Of a stretch of DNA of 64,000 nt, positions 48,996-59,853 are shown in pieces. This DNA comes from Candidatus Multivoradales bacterium (lineage in GTDB: Bacteria > Acidobacteriota > Thermoanaerobaculia > Multivoradales > JAHEKO01): NCBI GenBank assembly GCA_965248055.1, contig CBDFIJ010000004.1, forward strand, positions 1,696,001 through 1,760,000, given 5' to 3'. Within the stretch, counting starts at the first letter, position 1. The number at the start of each line of letters is the position of its first letter. The notes under the pieces were generated by a model. The model made no database searches. It was given only the letters and a program-made list of their open reading frames with translations, and was not told where the DNA came from. Made by a program: the position numbers and the translations under genes.

Positions 48996-50351
48996 CTAGC
49001 CGTCCTTCTCCAGTTCAGTGAGCACCGAGCGCAAGGCATGACGATAGTCAATCTTTCCAGGACAGACGAAACTCCAGAGATCGACGTCCTCTTCCACTAG
49101 CTCCAGGCAACCGAGTTCTTCGCCGCGTTCGATGTCTTCCATCACGATTGCCTTGAGAAGAAAGGTCGGCTCGAAGTCGAAAGGCGACACTTTTTCGTAG
49201 AGACCAATCGGGACAATCGCGCGGGGCGAGCCGTTGGTCGAGGTGGTCATGGCGAAACGCTTACCGGGAGTCAAGGTAGAAGCGAAGGCGTTAGTCACCG
49301 AAAACACGTTGCCTCCAGGCTTCATCCAGCCCAAGAACTTACGCTCTCGATCTTCACTCAGCACTGAGATCTGACGATCAAAGCGCCCTAGAAAGGCAGT
49401 TTCAGCATCGGCCACCCCGCGTCCCGAAAGCACCGAACCGGCGATGGTGCGCGTCTGCTCGTCGTCCAGGCCATCGCCCGTAACCGAGGTCACCGAAGCT
49501 CCTCGCGCAATCCGTAATAAGCGCGGATCGGTCGCCGCTGGGCCACCGTAGGAGATAACTCGATGGCTGTCCAAGTTGCCAGTACGGCCGAGATGTCCGA
49601 TGGCAACTGCCTCTTGAGCATCTAGATAGAAAACCGTTCTCTGCCGATCCACCGGCGCGAGTCGATGAATTTGGTAGCCACAGGTACCGGCCGGATGCGG
49701 ACCGGAAAACTGTTCAGGACGAATCTGATCGCCTTGCGGCAAATCGAGGTTTACCCCTGGCTCCGTGGTCACGTACAGCGGTCCATCGGTCAGCTTGGCG
49801 AGCATCTCGAGACCGGCTTTCAGATCTTCCTCGCGACCGGCGATCGCGATGAGCGGATCGGCCGCCAACGGCTGGCTATCCATGCAATTGACCAAGATCG
49901 CGTCTGGCAGTGAGTTCGGTGCAGCCACCCGTCCAAAAGGTCGAGAGCGCAAGGCTGTCCATTCCCCGGATTCGACTAACAGGTCCCTAACTTGGTCGCG
50001 GGTCAGCTCGCTCGGGGCCTTGCCCTGGTAGGCAGCAAATGAAGCCGGATCCAGGTCATGATCCACAGTGATCACCAACGACCTAAACGCGCGGCGCTCG
50101 CCGCGGTTTACCGACTCGACGGTGCCACCAAAAGCAGAGGTGTAGAAAACGCCCGGGTTCTTTTTGTCTTCAAAGAGCTTCTGGCCCGCGCGCACCGAGT
50201 CCCCGAGCTGCACCAACATCGTCGGTTTGAGCCCAATCGACTCTTCCCCCAACAGGGCAACCGACTCAGGTGCTTCATTGATGCCAAGTTCCAACCTCGG
50301 TTGCCCGGTGATGGGCAAGCCGAGGCCATGTTTGGATCGATGTAGAGCCAC
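48996..50351 (-). CDS. nqrA: Na+-NQR subunit A
   Basis: GL.LPITG.P, LFEDKKNPGV, GPHPAG, GSVLSG, LGCLEL.EED....FVCPGK. Confidence 0.95.
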   Translation of the reverse strand: MALHRSKHGLGLPITGQPRLELGINEAPESVALLGEESIGLKPTMLVQLGDSVRAGQKLFEDKKNPGVFYTSAFGGTVESVNRGERRAFRSLVITVDHDLDPASFAAYQGKAPSELTRDQVRDLLVESGEWTALRSRPFGRVAAPNSLPDAILVNCMDSQPLAADPLIAIAGREEDLKAGLEMLAKLTDGPLYVTTEPGVNLDLPQGDQIRPEQFSGPHPAGTCGYQIHRLAPVDRQRTVFYLDAQEAVAIGHLGRTGNLDSHRVISYGGPAATDPRLLRIARGASVTSVTGDGLDDEQTRTIAGSVLSGRGVADAETAFLGRFDRQISVLSEDRERKFLGWMKPGGNVFSVTNAFASTLTPGKRFAMTTSTNGSPRAIVPIGLYEKVSPFDFEPTFLLKAIVMEDIERGEELGCLELVEEDVDLWSFVCPGKIDYRHALRSVLTELEKDG

Positions 50352-50424
50352 GGTGATATCGCCAGATTAAGCAGCAAACAAGGCAGCACCGTAGTTGGCC
50401 TACAGGCTGCCTTCGTTGGCCGAA

Positions 50425-50456
50425 AGTATAAGAGCTTGTGAATAACTTCACAAGCT
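50425..50456 (-). promoter_or_regulatory. nqr promoter overlapped by a Rex operator
   Basis: TTGTGAA-TAAC-TTCACAA (50436-50453) matches the Rex consensus; minus strand TTGTGA-N17-TATACT. Confidence 0.85.
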
Positions 50457-50533
50457 TACTGCATGATCCCTCGCAGAAGCTGGCGCTGAGTCCGTCGCAA
50501 AGAAAACAGCCGATTTCTCCGACAAAAATAGAG

Positions 50534-52378
50534 TCAGTTTGAAATCGCTTGTCGCAGGTCGAGAGCAGTACTTCGTAGTGCTCGTTCGTCCAAGGTCAGG
50601 ACTTCCGCGTTCTCTACCACTAACTCTCCGTCGACGATCACCGTGGTGACGTCGGAGGCCTTGGTCGAATAGACCAGCAGCGAATATGGGTCCGAGGCAG
50701 GAATCTGGTGTAAACCTGAAGTCTCAACCACGATCAAATCGGCGCGCTTGCCGACCTCGATCGAGCCCACCAGATGGTCGAGGTCGAGAGCGCGGGCACC
50801 GTCAATGGTCGCCATGCGAAATGCTTCGCGGGCGCTGATCACGGTCGGGTCGAACTGATGCACTTTGTGCAGTTTGGCGGCGGTATCCATCTCTTCCCAC
50901 AGGTTGAGGTCGTTGTTGCTGGCCGGACCATCGGTGCCCAATCCAATCGTCACCCCCGCTATGAGCATTGCCGGGACCGGAGAAATCCCGGCGGCCACCT
51001 TCATATTGGACTGCGGGCAATGGGCGACCCCCACCCCTCGCTCAGCCAAGAGATCGATCTCTTCTTCATCCGGCCACACCATGTGGGCCGCGATCACCCG
51101 GTCATCCAAAATTCCCAATTGATCAAGATGGCGCACCGGGGTGGTGTTGTATCGCTCTTGAATGGTGGTGATCTCTGCACGGTCCTCCGCCAAATGAATC
51201 AGCATCGGCGCATCCAACTCGGACGCCAATTGGTGGGCGGCAACCAAGTGCTCCGGTGCGACAGTGTAAGGGGCGTGAGGAGCCACTGCCGGAGTGATTC
51301 GTGGGTGATCACTCCAGCGCTCGATAAAGGTCCGGGTGTAGGAATAGGCTTCATCCCAGGTCGGGTGATCGGGAGCGGGAAAATCGATCAATGTCTCTCC
51401 CAGGATCGCTCGCATACCGCAGGCATCCACTTCCTCGGCCATGGCATCCTCGAAGTAGTACATGTCAACAAAGGTCGTCGTGCCACCACGCAACATCTCA
51501 GCGCAGGCAAGTTGGGTTCCGAGCCGGACAAATTCTTCGTTTACGTGCTCCTTCTCCGCAGGAAAGATGTGCTCTTGCAGCCACTCCATCAAAGGTAGGT
51601 CGTCGGCCAAACCGCGAAACAGGGTCATCGGTACATGAGTGTGGGTGTTGATCAGTCCGGGCAGGATCAGTCCACCGCGGGCGTCGATATGCCGCGCCTG
51701 CGGAAAGGCTTCCTCTAGCACCGCTTGCTCACCAACGGCGACGATCTCACCTGCCACGATCGCCACTGCACCGTTCTCGATCACCGTGTCTTGGCCGTCC
51801 ACCGTAACTACGGAGCCGCCGGAGATCATCAACGTCTCCGATTCTTCAGGAACCCACTCAACCGACTGCGGTTGCCAAGTCTCAGGGTTGGGCAAGATCT
51901 CATTGGCCGGATCGACCACCTCCAAACGCTGTGGATCAACCCTCACCAGCAGCAACGATTCTTCTCGGTCAGGCCAATGCGGAGCCCAACTCTCTTTCCA
52001 GTGTTCGACCTTGGCTTCTGGGTCATCCACCAGTGTCGCCCGCCCGTGCAGAGTGACGTAAGCCGGTGGCTCGGTACGAAAATAGTGAAGGGTGACCCGA
52101 GAGTCGCCTCGAATCTCTTCGACCTTGCGGCTTTTGGGATTGGTCGCCATCCAAATGACAAAGTCCTCATCTGGCGGATGAGGGTCCATCACTCGCGATC
52201 GCCCCCTCCCGGCGGCATCCTGGGTAATCAAGGTGACGAACCCAGCGCTCTCGACGATTTTGTTCGCAGCATCCAGCAGCACAGCCCGTTCCGTCTGCGC
52301 CTGTACAACCACCAACGATACCGCAACAAGAGCCATCCACAGCGTGATCAATCGAAAGTGCAAGATCTTGTAAATCAT
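50534..52378 (-). CDS. Fusion of a PNPOx-like (general stress protein 26) domain with an MtaD/SAH-deaminase-like amidohydrolase
   Basis: RSRVMDP, IWMATNPKSRKV, YVTLHGRA; then PGLINTHTH, APHAPYT, IHLAE, HCPQSNMK, GTDGPASNN. Confidence 0.85.
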   Translation of the reverse strand: MIYKILHFRLITLWMALVAVSLVVVQAQTERAVLLDAANKIVESAGFVTLITQDAAGRGRSRVMDPHPPDEDFVIWMATNPKSRKVEEIRGDSRVTLHYFRTEPPAYVTLHGRATLVDDPEAKVEHWKESWAPHWPDREESLLLVRVDPQRLEVVDPANEILPNPETWQPQSVEWVPEESETLMISGGSVVTVDGQDTVIENGAVAIVAGEIVAVGEQAVLEEAFPQARHIDARGGLILPGLINTHTHVPMTLFRGLADDLPLMEWLQEHIFPAEKEHVNEEFVRLGTQLACAEMLRGGTTTFVDMYYFEDAMAEEVDACGMRAILGETLIDFPAPDHPTWDEAYSYTRTFIERWSDHPRITPAVAPHAPYTVAPEHLVAAHQLASELDAPMLIHLAEDRAEITTIQERYNTTPVRHLDQLGILDDRVIAAHMVWPDEEEIDLLAERGVGVAHCPQSNMKVAAGISPVPAMLIAGVTIGLGTDGPASNNDLNLWEEMDTAAKLHKVHQFDPTVISAREAFRMATIDGARALDLDHLVGSIEVGKRADLIVVETSGLHQIPASDPYSLLVYSTKASDVTTVIVDGELVVENAEVLTLDERALRSTALDLRQAISN

Positions 52379-52475
52379 TGCCGGGAGTCTACCTTTCTCA
52401 TGCCAAATCCAGATCCAACCACTGCTACTCTCTGGTTGAGTCCGCCATCAACCTAACCAGAGGGAACGCCTACTT

Positions 52476-52856
52476 ATGTTCAAGAAACTAACCCCTTCCA
52501 TCACCGCCAACGATCTTCAAGCCAGTCAAGATTTCTACCAGAAAGCCCTGGGTTTCGAGATTCTAGACAGCTACGAGCAAGACGGGAAAGTCGTGGGGCT
52601 CCATCTGCATACCGCTGGAGCTGATCTATTTCTGTCTCAGGACGACTTCGCCAAAGGCCATGACCGAGAGAAAGGTGTTGGGATGCGCTTTTACATCTCT
52701 TGTGATGATGTCGATGCAGCAGCGAAGCGAGTTGATGACACAGGTGTCGACTTTTTTCAGCCGCTAGCCGACCAGCCTTGGGGGTCGAGAGATTTCGCGG
52801 TCAAAGATCCGGACGGCTTTGTTATTTCGGTTGGTACCGAAGCAGACGTCAACTAG
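52476..52856 (+). CDS. VOC/glyoxalase family protein
   Basis: [24 protein letters not shown]. Confidence 0.9.
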   Translation: MFKKLTPSITANDLQASQDFYQKALGFEILDSYEQDGKVVGLHLHTAGADLFLSQDDFAKGHDREKGVGMRFYISCDDVDAAAKRVDDTGVDFFQPLADQPWGSRDFAVKDPDGFVISVGTEADVN

Positions 52857-54847
52857 CGATCGAGTAGTCGTCGCGCTTGATCGACGAGGTTGGAAACTGT
52901 AAATCCGTAGTGCTCTGCCAGCTCGCTGGCCGGAGCTGAAGCGCCAAACCCGTCGATCCCAAGAATTGCTCCACGGTCACCAACGTAACGCTCCCAGCCC
53001 ATCGGGCTGGCCGCTTCAATCGCTAGCTTCTTGGCCGCTGCCGGAATCACGAACGCTCGGTATTCCGCGTCTTGGGCATCGAACAGTTCCCAGGAGGGAA
53101 GGCTGACCACCCGGGTCGCGGTTCCAGCGTCGTTGAGTTCTTGCGCTGCTTCAACCGCCAGAGAAACCTCCGAGCCAGTAGCAATCAACACCAACTCTGG
53201 AGCGCAATCGCACTCAAGCGAAACGTAACCGCCTCGACCGACACCTTCAGCCGCCCCAGTCAGAGACCCTTCGAGAATCGGCAGTCCTTGGCGGGTCAGA
53301 GACAGAGCCACCGGGCCGCCGCGATGGGTCACCGCGACTTTCCAAGCTTCAGCCGTTTCCACCGCATCCGCTGGACGCAACACAGTGAGATTAGGGATCG
53401 AACGCAACGACAACAACTGACTGATCGGTTGATGGGTCGGGCCATCTTCACCGAGAAAGATCGAGTCGTGGGTGAAAATGTACACCGTGTGCAACCCCAT
53501 CAAGGCGGCAATGCGAATCGCCGGACGCATGTAGTCGGAAAAGATCAAAAACGTCCCACCATAGGGAATGAAACCGGGGGTCAAGGCAAGGCCATTCAAG
53601 ATCGAACCCATCGCATGTTCGCGCACTCCGAAGTGCAAATTCGGAGCGTCACCGACCTCAGCAGAAAACACTGGCTGACCGTTGATAAAGGTTTTGTTCG
53701 AACCAGTCAAATCCGCCGAGCCGCCCACCAGGTCAGGAAGACTTTTCGCCAACCCGTTGAGTACCGCTCCGGACGCTTTGCGGGTCGCCATCGGTCCGTC
53801 TCCCGCAACAAAAGAGGGCACGTCGGCATCAACGTCACTGGGGATGGCTCCCGTCAAACGACGCTCCAATTCCTGACCCAAATCCGGGTGATCCGCCTGA
53901 AACTGAGCGCGTTGTTCGTTCCATTCCCCGCGCTCCTGGGCACCGCGGTGGGCGTTGGCGACAAACGGCTGGCGAGCGGCCGACGGCACTTGAAACACCG
54001 CGTTCTCCGGCCAGCCCAGCGTTTGCTTGGTCAGCTTGGTTTCCTCAACTCCCAAGGGAGAGCCGTGGGCACCTGCGGTGTCTTGCTTGTTGGGACTGCC
54101 AAATCCGATATGCGTCTTGACGACGATCATTGAAGGTCGATCATCCGATTTGGCTGAAACCATGGCGGCATCCAAAGCGTCCAGGTCGTTACCGTCGTCA
54201 ACCCCAAGCACTTGCCAACCATAGGACTGATAGCGAGCGCTAACGTCTTCGGTAAAGGCCAAGTCGGTTGAACCATCGATCGAAATCTGATTGTCGTCGT
54301 AGAGACAAATGAGTTTGCCCAGTCGTAAATGACCGGCCAAGGAACAGGCCTCCGAGGTCACCCCCTCCATCAGGTCTCCGTCACTGGCAATCACCCAAGT
54401 GCGGTAGTCAAACAGCCGACCGTCTTGATTGAAACGCGCCGCCAACATCCGCTCGCCGATCGCCATACCGACCGCAGTCGCCAGCCCCTGGCCCAGAGGT
54501 CCGGTAGTGGTCTCGATCCCCGCCGTGTGGCGGTACTCGGGATGACCCGGAGTCTTGGAATTCCACTGGCGGAAATTCTTGAGTTGATCCAAAGAAAGAT
54601 CGTAACCAGCCAAATGGAGCAATGAATAGATCAACGCTGAAGCGTGACCACAGGAAAGCACGAAACGGTCACGATTGGGCCAGTCAGGATTCTCGGGGTC
54701 AAATCGTAAGTGCTTTGTCCACAATTGATAAGCCATCGGCGATTGCCCCAACGGCGCCCCTGGATGACCTGAATTTGCCGCTTCAACCATGTCTACAGAC
54801 AAGAAACGGATGGTGTTGATGGCTAACTGATGATCCATATCTTTCAT
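52853..54847 (-). CDS. tkt: Transketolase
   Basis: [48 protein letters not shown]. Confidence 0.97.
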   Translation of the reverse strand: MKDMDHQLAINTIRFLSVDMVEAANSGHPGAPLGQSPMAYQLWTKHLRFDPENPDWPNRDRFVLSCGHASALIYSLLHLAGYDLSLDQLKNFRQWNSKTPGHPEYRHTAGIETTTGPLGQGLATAVGMAIGERMLAARFNQDGRLFDYRTWVIASDGDLMEGVTSEACSLAGHLRLGKLICLYDDNQISIDGSTDLAFTEDVSARYQSYGWQVLGVDDGNDLDALDAAMVSAKSDDRPSMIVVKTHIGFGSPNKQDTAGAHGSPLGVEETKLTKQTLGWPENAVFQVPSAARQPFVANAHRGAQERGEWNEQRAQFQADHPDLGQELERRLTGAIPSDVDADVPSFVAGDGPMATRKASGAVLNGLAKSLPDLVGGSADLTGSNKTFINGQPVFSAEVGDAPNLHFGVREHAMGSILNGLALTPGFIPYGGTFLIFSDYMRPAIRIAALMGLHTVYIFTHDSIFLGEDGPTHQPISQLLSLRSIPNLTVLRPADAVETAEAWKVAVTHRGGPVALSLTRQGLPILEGSLTGAAEGVGRGGYVSLECDCAPELVLIATGSEVSLAVEAAQELNDAGTATRVVSLPSWELFDAQDAEYRAFVIPAAAKKLAIEAASPMGWERYVGDRGAILGIDGFGASAPASELAEHYGFTVSNLVDQARRLLDR

Positions 54848-54865
54848 TTCCTTTAGGCGGCGTGA

Positions 54866-56890
54866 GTGACGAATATAGACCAAAGTCTCTCACCCGTGGC
54901 GACAGGATACGATCACCCGGTCAGAGATCGTCGACCGGAGGAGAGAAGTTTGTTCGAGAATTGGGTTTGGGCGGTTCCGTTGGCAATTGCTGGTGTTGGA
55001 ATGTGGCGGGCAAGATGGGGTTTGTACCTCTTTGTCGCCACTCTGCCTTTTTTTGGCTTCTCGCCAGGTGGTCCCTACTTGGAAGCGGTGACTGTTGGGG
55101 CAATCATCGTCATAGGCCTAGCGGTATTTCGAGGGTGTGAACCAAGTAGTCAATATTGGGCAGGAGCGGTAGCTGGCGGAGTATGGCTCTTAGTGGCAAT
55201 CGTTTCCCTCTGGCCCTTTCCCCGCATTCCCGCTTCCGGCTGGCGAAGCTGGCTTTCCATCTTCGATAACTTCTCGTATCTGCACGGGCAGGAACCCACC
55301 TACGGCTGGAGCGTTCTCTTCAACTTGGTCCTCGGGCTAAGTCTTGCTTGGGCTGTGCTACGACTGGTTCCCAGACAGAAACTCATAGAGCTAGCCGGTG
55401 CGATCGCGGTTGGAGTCGCCACCACGCTGGCGTTGGGCTTCCTCCACCGCATCGGTTGGATTGACCTCGGCCTGTTTCGCCCCAGCCCACGACCTCTGGA
55501 TGACCCCAGAATGCAGTCGGTATTGGTCGATTCACGCCGTTTTGCCGAATATCTAGTACTTGCTTGGCCATTCTCTTTCGCGTGGTCCGCGACCCGACGC
55601 CGCTTCAGTTTGTGGTCGGTCGGATTTTTGGTGAGTCTGTTGATTGGCCTTGCTTGGAGCCTGCAGCGTGGGGCTTGGATCACAGTGGCGGTGCAGTTTC
55701 TGGCTTTGGCAATCCTGTGCAGATCCCAGCTTCGACGCAGCTGGATCGTTGTTGTGGCTGCTTTGCTAGCGGCGGCGTTGATTGTTATCGCGATTCCCGC
55801 AGTCAGAGTTCCCCTGACAGACCGGGCGACCTCACTAGACGACTCTAGTCGAGTTCATCTGTTCGCTGTCTCGATAGATCTGTTTCGGCAACGTCCGATT
55901 CTTGGTTGGGGAGTTGGTTCCTTCGCTCGTGCCTACACGCTGACGGCCCCAGACCACGGTGGAGCGATTCGAGGCGCTGATAGTGCCCACAGCTTACCTG
56001 GGCAAATCTTGGCTGAACGAGGCTCCATCGGTTCTCTTGCTTTTCTGTTGGTTCTTGGCGTACTGGCGCTACGCAGACACCCCCGAGATAAAGACAACAA
56101 CCTGACATGGGTACTCACTGCGATCGCCGTTTCAGGGCTCGGATTTCTTGCCTATGGCGTCTTCCAGTACCTTCCCTATCTGAAGATCCTGGAATGGTTA
56201 CTCTGGATAGTAGCCGGCGCATGGATCGCGGCGACCGACAGTTCACGAGCTGAACAACGCATTTCACTATGGGGAGGTACCGCTTTGGTGGTAGCAGCCC
56301 TAGCAGCACTTCCCTTCCAACAGGCCAAGCCCTGGCAGCAGAATCCCAGCTGGGGTTTCTATGGCTGGGAGGGCTTTCGTCCTAGAAAGGAAAGCCCTCG
56401 AGCCGGAGTTCCTGGCCAGCGGAGGTGGATCAGTAACTATGCGGCGGTTTCGATGCCACGCCGCGGAGACTGGCTTTCCTTTTCCATGGTTGATGGTCAC
56501 CCTCAAGCCCGAGATCACGCCTCTTCAGTGCAAGTGTGGGTCAACGGCGATAAAGTCCTGGATCAGTCGATTCCCAACAGTTGGTCTTTGTGCAGAATTC
56601 CAGTGGCAGACGGAGGAGACGAAGTCTTAGTTGAATTCGAAGTCGACCCTGTATTTCGACCTTTCAACGGAGCAGATCCTTTGGGAGACCCACCCACCAG
56701 AAGCCGCGACGCGCGCCGGCTTGGGATGGTGTTGCGCAACGACTGCGGTTCTGACTTGTGCTGGGATTTACTTCGCGGTGAGCGGCGCGCAACTAGAGCC
56801 GGGACGCCTGACGTTGCAGCCTGCTACCCAGATCCGAAACCGAAAAAGCGGAACAAGACCAAAGCCAACTCACCCAAGAAAACACGTTAG
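54866..56890 (+). CDS. O-antigen ligase family membrane protein with periplasmic C-terminal domain (start uncertain)
   Basis: Many TM helices, QRGAW, R..LF...RPILGWG.GSF, AHSL..QILAERG. Confidence 0.8.
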   Translation: MTNIDQSLSPVATGYDHPVRDRRPEERSLFENWVWAVPLAIAGVGMWRARWGLYLFVATLPFFGFSPGGPYLEAVTVGAIIVIGLAVFRGCEPSSQYWAGAVAGGVWLLVAIVSLWPFPRIPASGWRSWLSIFDNFSYLHGQEPTYGWSVLFNLVLGLSLAWAVLRLVPRQKLIELAGAIAVGVATTLALGFLHRIGWIDLGLFRPSPRPLDDPRMQSVLVDSRRFAEYLVLAWPFSFAWSATRRRFSLWSVGFLVSLLIGLAWSLQRGAWITVAVQFLALAILCRSQLRRSWIVVVAALLAAALIVIAIPAVRVPLTDRATSLDDSSRVHLFAVSIDLFRQRPILGWGVGSFARAYTLTAPDHGGAIRGADSAHSLPGQILAERGSIGSLAFLLVLGVLALRRHPRDKDNNLTWVLTAIAVSGLGFLAYGVFQYLPYLKILEWLLWIVAGAWIAATDSSRAEQRISLWGGTALVVAALAALPFQQAKPWQQNPSWGFYGWEGFRPRKESPRAGVPGQRRWISNYAAVSMPRRGDWLSFSMVDGHPQARDHASSVQVWVNGDKVLDQSIPNSWSLCRIPVADGGDEVLVEFEVDPVFRPFNGADPLGDPPTRSRDARRLGMVLRNDCGSDLCWDLLRGERRATRAGTPDVAACYPDPKPKKRNKTKANSPKKTR

Positions 56891-56957
56891 CCTCGACACC
56901 CGTCCGATCAGCGAAGTCGGAGTAAGTTAGATCTGGGTGGTGAGGGCTAACAATACT

Positions 56958-57432
56958 GAGAATTTGGATGTGGCGGGTGCGCAACACAAGCCACTCTCTA
57001 GTCCCGGCCCCCCAGCCACCACTCTCCGGGATGACGATCAGGCAATTGCTGGACCAGCGTAGCGAAGATGAAAACGTAGGCGGGGATTCGAAACTGGCTT
57101 GCGCGCGGTACAAGTCATTCCTCGAAATCTTTCTCTGGGCTCCAACCAAGCAAAGTGGAAATGGTGAATAGGGGATTCGGATCTGGCTTGTGCGTAGCAC
57201 GAGCCAATCTCTAGGATCCTTCCCTCTCTAGCCGACCGAGCAAAGTGAAAATAATGGAAGTAGTGGGATTCGGACTCGGTTTGTGCGTAGCACAAGACAG
57301 TCTCCAGAATCCGTCGCTCTCAGACAATCGAACAAAGTGAAAATGGTGGAAGCAGGGGATTCGGATCTGGCTTGTGCGCAGCACAAGACACTCTTTAGGA
57401 TCCCTCCCTCTGCACCCCGAGCGAAGCTCGGG
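56958..57432. repeat. tRNA-linked degenerate tandem array, about 90-bp period, 4-5 units
   Basis: GATTCG recurs at 57085, 57174, 57267, 57358 and in the tRNA at 57448; units carry CTTGTGC-GYA-GCACAAG-type hairpins and CAAAGTGAAAATGG-like blocks. Confidence 0.85.
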
Positions 57433-57524
<92 letters not shown>

Positions 57525-57614
57525 CCGTAGGGCCGGTGATTGTACGTCTGCCCGTAAGGGCCGGTCAAAGTATTTCTACTTCGACCATCGATAAGATGGC
57601 GCCTGGACACCCTC

Positions 57615-58994
57615 ATGCAATCGATCAATCCGGCCACAGAGCAGCTAATTCAATCTTGGTCGGAGCATGACCAACAGCAAGTTGACGAGATCGTCGCGTC
57701 ATCCGCGAAGGCGTTTGCGCGATGGCGCCACGTCGACCTACATGATCGGCGCCAATTGCTCAGCACCCTGGCTGACTTGCTGCGCAAGCAACGAGAACAA
57801 CACGCCCAATTGATGACCGCGGAAATGGGCAAGCCGATTCGCGAGGCCCGAGCGGAGATTGACAAGTGCGCTTGGACCTGTGACTACTACGCCGAAAACG
57901 CTGATTCGTTCCTGGGTGCACAGACGGTGAATACTGACGCCAGCCAGAGTCAGGTCGAGTTTGCCCCGCTGGGGATCGTGCTCGGCGTCATGCCCTGGAA
58001 TTTTCCCTATTGGCAGGTGTTTCGATTCATCGCCCCCTCGCTGGTCGCTGGCAATACCTGTCTCCTCAAACACGCCTCCGCGGTCTGCGGCTGTTCCCAG
58101 GCAATAGAAGACTTGGTCACCGAGGCCGGCACTTCGTTGAAGATGGATCTACCGCTGCTGAAGGCGCTCAATATCTCCTCCTCGCGCGTTGCTGCCGTCA
58201 TTGAGCGGCCCGAGGTGGCGGCGGTGACTTTGACCGGCAGTGAAGAGGCGGGACGATCGGTGGCCGCGATTGCCGGCGCGGCTTTGAAAAAAGCCGTCCT
58301 GGAATTGGGCGGCTCCGACCCTTTCGTGGTCTTGGCTGACGCCGATCTGGAGCAAGCCGCCGACATCGCCGTGCTTTCGCGATCGATCAACGCTGGGCAA
58401 AGCTGTATTGCAGCCAAGCGGTTCATCGTCGAGCAATCTGTGTACGGCCAATTTGCTGATCTATTGGTGCAGCGGTTCGCTCAACTCAGAGTAGGCGACC
58501 CTTGTGCCGAAGACACCGACATGGGTCCGTTGGCGCGACCAGAGTTCGTCGACCAACTCCAAGGTCAAGTTGATCGATCGGTGGCAATCGGTGCCCAGGT
58601 GGCACTGGCTGGCGGACCTACCGAAACTACAGGCTGGTATTTCAAACCAACGGTTCTTACCGAAGTAACGCCAAACATGGCGGTGTTTGCCGAAGAGACC
58701 TTTGGCCCGGTCGCCCCGGTCGTCCGGGCTGCCAACGCCGACCAAGCCATTGACCTAGCCAATCAAAGCCGTTTCGGCCTCGGGGCTTCGCTGTGGACCA
58801 GCAACCCAGAGCGACACGCTGCCAGAATCGATCGTCTCGAGGCTGGGATGATCTTCGTCAACGGATTGGTTAAGTCCGACCCCCGCCTGCCCTTTGGCGG
58901 CACCAAGGCCTCCGGCTACGGCCGGGAATTGGCGGCGTTCGGCATCCGTGAGTTCGTCAATGTCCGTACGGTTTGGCGGGGACCAGAGGCGTAA
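57615..58994 (+). CDS. NAD(P)-dependent succinate-semialdehyde dehydrogenase (Sad/GabD-like)
   Basis: VMPWNFPYWQ, TLTGS, LELGGSDP, NAGQSC, EETFGP, PFGG.K.SGYGREL. Confidence 0.9.
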   Translation: MQSINPATEQLIQSWSEHDQQQVDEIVASSAKAFARWRHVDLHDRRQLLSTLADLLRKQREQHAQLMTAEMGKPIREARAEIDKCAWTCDYYAENADSFLGAQTVNTDASQSQVEFAPLGIVLGVMPWNFPYWQVFRFIAPSLVAGNTCLLKHASAVCGCSQAIEDLVTEAGTSLKMDLPLLKALNISSSRVAAVIERPEVAAVTLTGSEEAGRSVAAIAGAALKKAVLELGGSDPFVVLADADLEQAADIAVLSRSINAGQSCIAAKRFIVEQSVYGQFADLLVQRFAQLRVGDPCAEDTDMGPLARPEFVDQLQGQVDRSVAIGAQVALAGGPTETTGWYFKPTVLTEVTPNMAVFAEETFGPVAPVVRAANADQAIDLANQSRFGLGASLWTSNPERHAARIDRLEAGMIFVNGLVKSDPRLPFGGTKASGYGRELAAFGIREFVNVRTVWRGPEA

Positions 58995-59017
58995 GTTGTC
59001 AGACTCTGCCGACCCAG

Positions 59018-59680
59018 CTAGAGAACCCGTCGGATCTCATCCAAGAAAGTGTCGGCGATCGCTCGATGTCCCGAACTGGACGGATGGAAGCCATCAATGG
59101 CAAAGAAATCGAGATTAATCGGCATCATTGACAATGGAACCACATGAGCCGAATGCCTAGCAGCCGCGTTGGTGATTGCGTTGTTGAACGCGTTAACTCG
59201 AGCGGAGGTAACGTCGGGGTCGGGAGAGGCAAGAAAACGTGGAATGAGGGAGAGGTCGACCAAGTCACCGATGAAGATCTGGGCATCGGTTTGGGAGCGA
59301 AGATCTCCCAACATCTGATCCACATCGGCGGCAAAAGAACTCACCGCGTCCCCGCCTATGATGTCGTTGGAGCCGGTCCAGATGGTCACTAATCCGGGTG
59401 ATGCGCTGATTGCAGAACCGAGTTGTCGAGCGATCATGTCGAAGGAGTGAGCGCCGATCTCGCCAAGGTTGCGCAGGTCCACTTCGCGGTCCTCACCCAA
59501 ATCGTTGGCGATCAAGAATACGTAACCGGCGGTCAATGGAGAGGCTCCAATACCAACCGCGTCGGAAGCACCCAGCGCAGCGTAGACCAGCCGAACGCCG
59601 GGAGCGGTAGGCGAATCGCTGGAGCACGACCCTGCTGCCAAGAAAACAAGAATCAGGAGGAAGTGGGAGAATCTACGCAT
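59018..59680 (-). CDS. SGNH/GDSL hydrolase lipoprotein
   Basis: Lipobox-like LAAGSC, ALGASDAVG, GSND, DGFHP. Confidence 0.85.
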   Translation of the reverse strand: MRRFSHFLLILVFLAAGSCSSDSPTAPGVRLVYAALGASDAVGIGASPLTAGYVFLIANDLGEDREVDLRNLGEIGAHSFDMIARQLGSAISASPGLVTIWTGSNDIIGGDAVSSFAADVDQMLGDLRSQTDAQIFIGDLVDLSLIPRFLASPDPDVTSARVNAFNNAITNAAARHSAHVVPLSMMPINLDFFAIDGFHPSSSGHRAIADTFLDEIRRVL

Positions 59681-59853
59681 CGGGGAGCAACTTTACACAG
59701 CTACTGAGTTTTTCATAGCTATCAAGCTAGTAACCGAATTTCGGGTCACACTCTCTCCTTATTCCCTTTGGCTTGGCTCAATGGGCAGCCCCCGCCGATT
59801 TCGATTCAAAGTGATACCGTCCGCCGCTGGAGAACACCCCGTTGGAGAACACA

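Noticed and set aside
53072-54133. Long antisense ORFs (also 7348-8118, 50774-51598, 25864-26721)
   Set aside because: Shadow frames of well-supported genes in GC-rich DNA, with no motifs
56958-57432. Possible CRISPR array
   Set aside because: Units are similar along their whole length with no identical repeats or unique spacers; they derive from the tRNA end; no cas genes in the window
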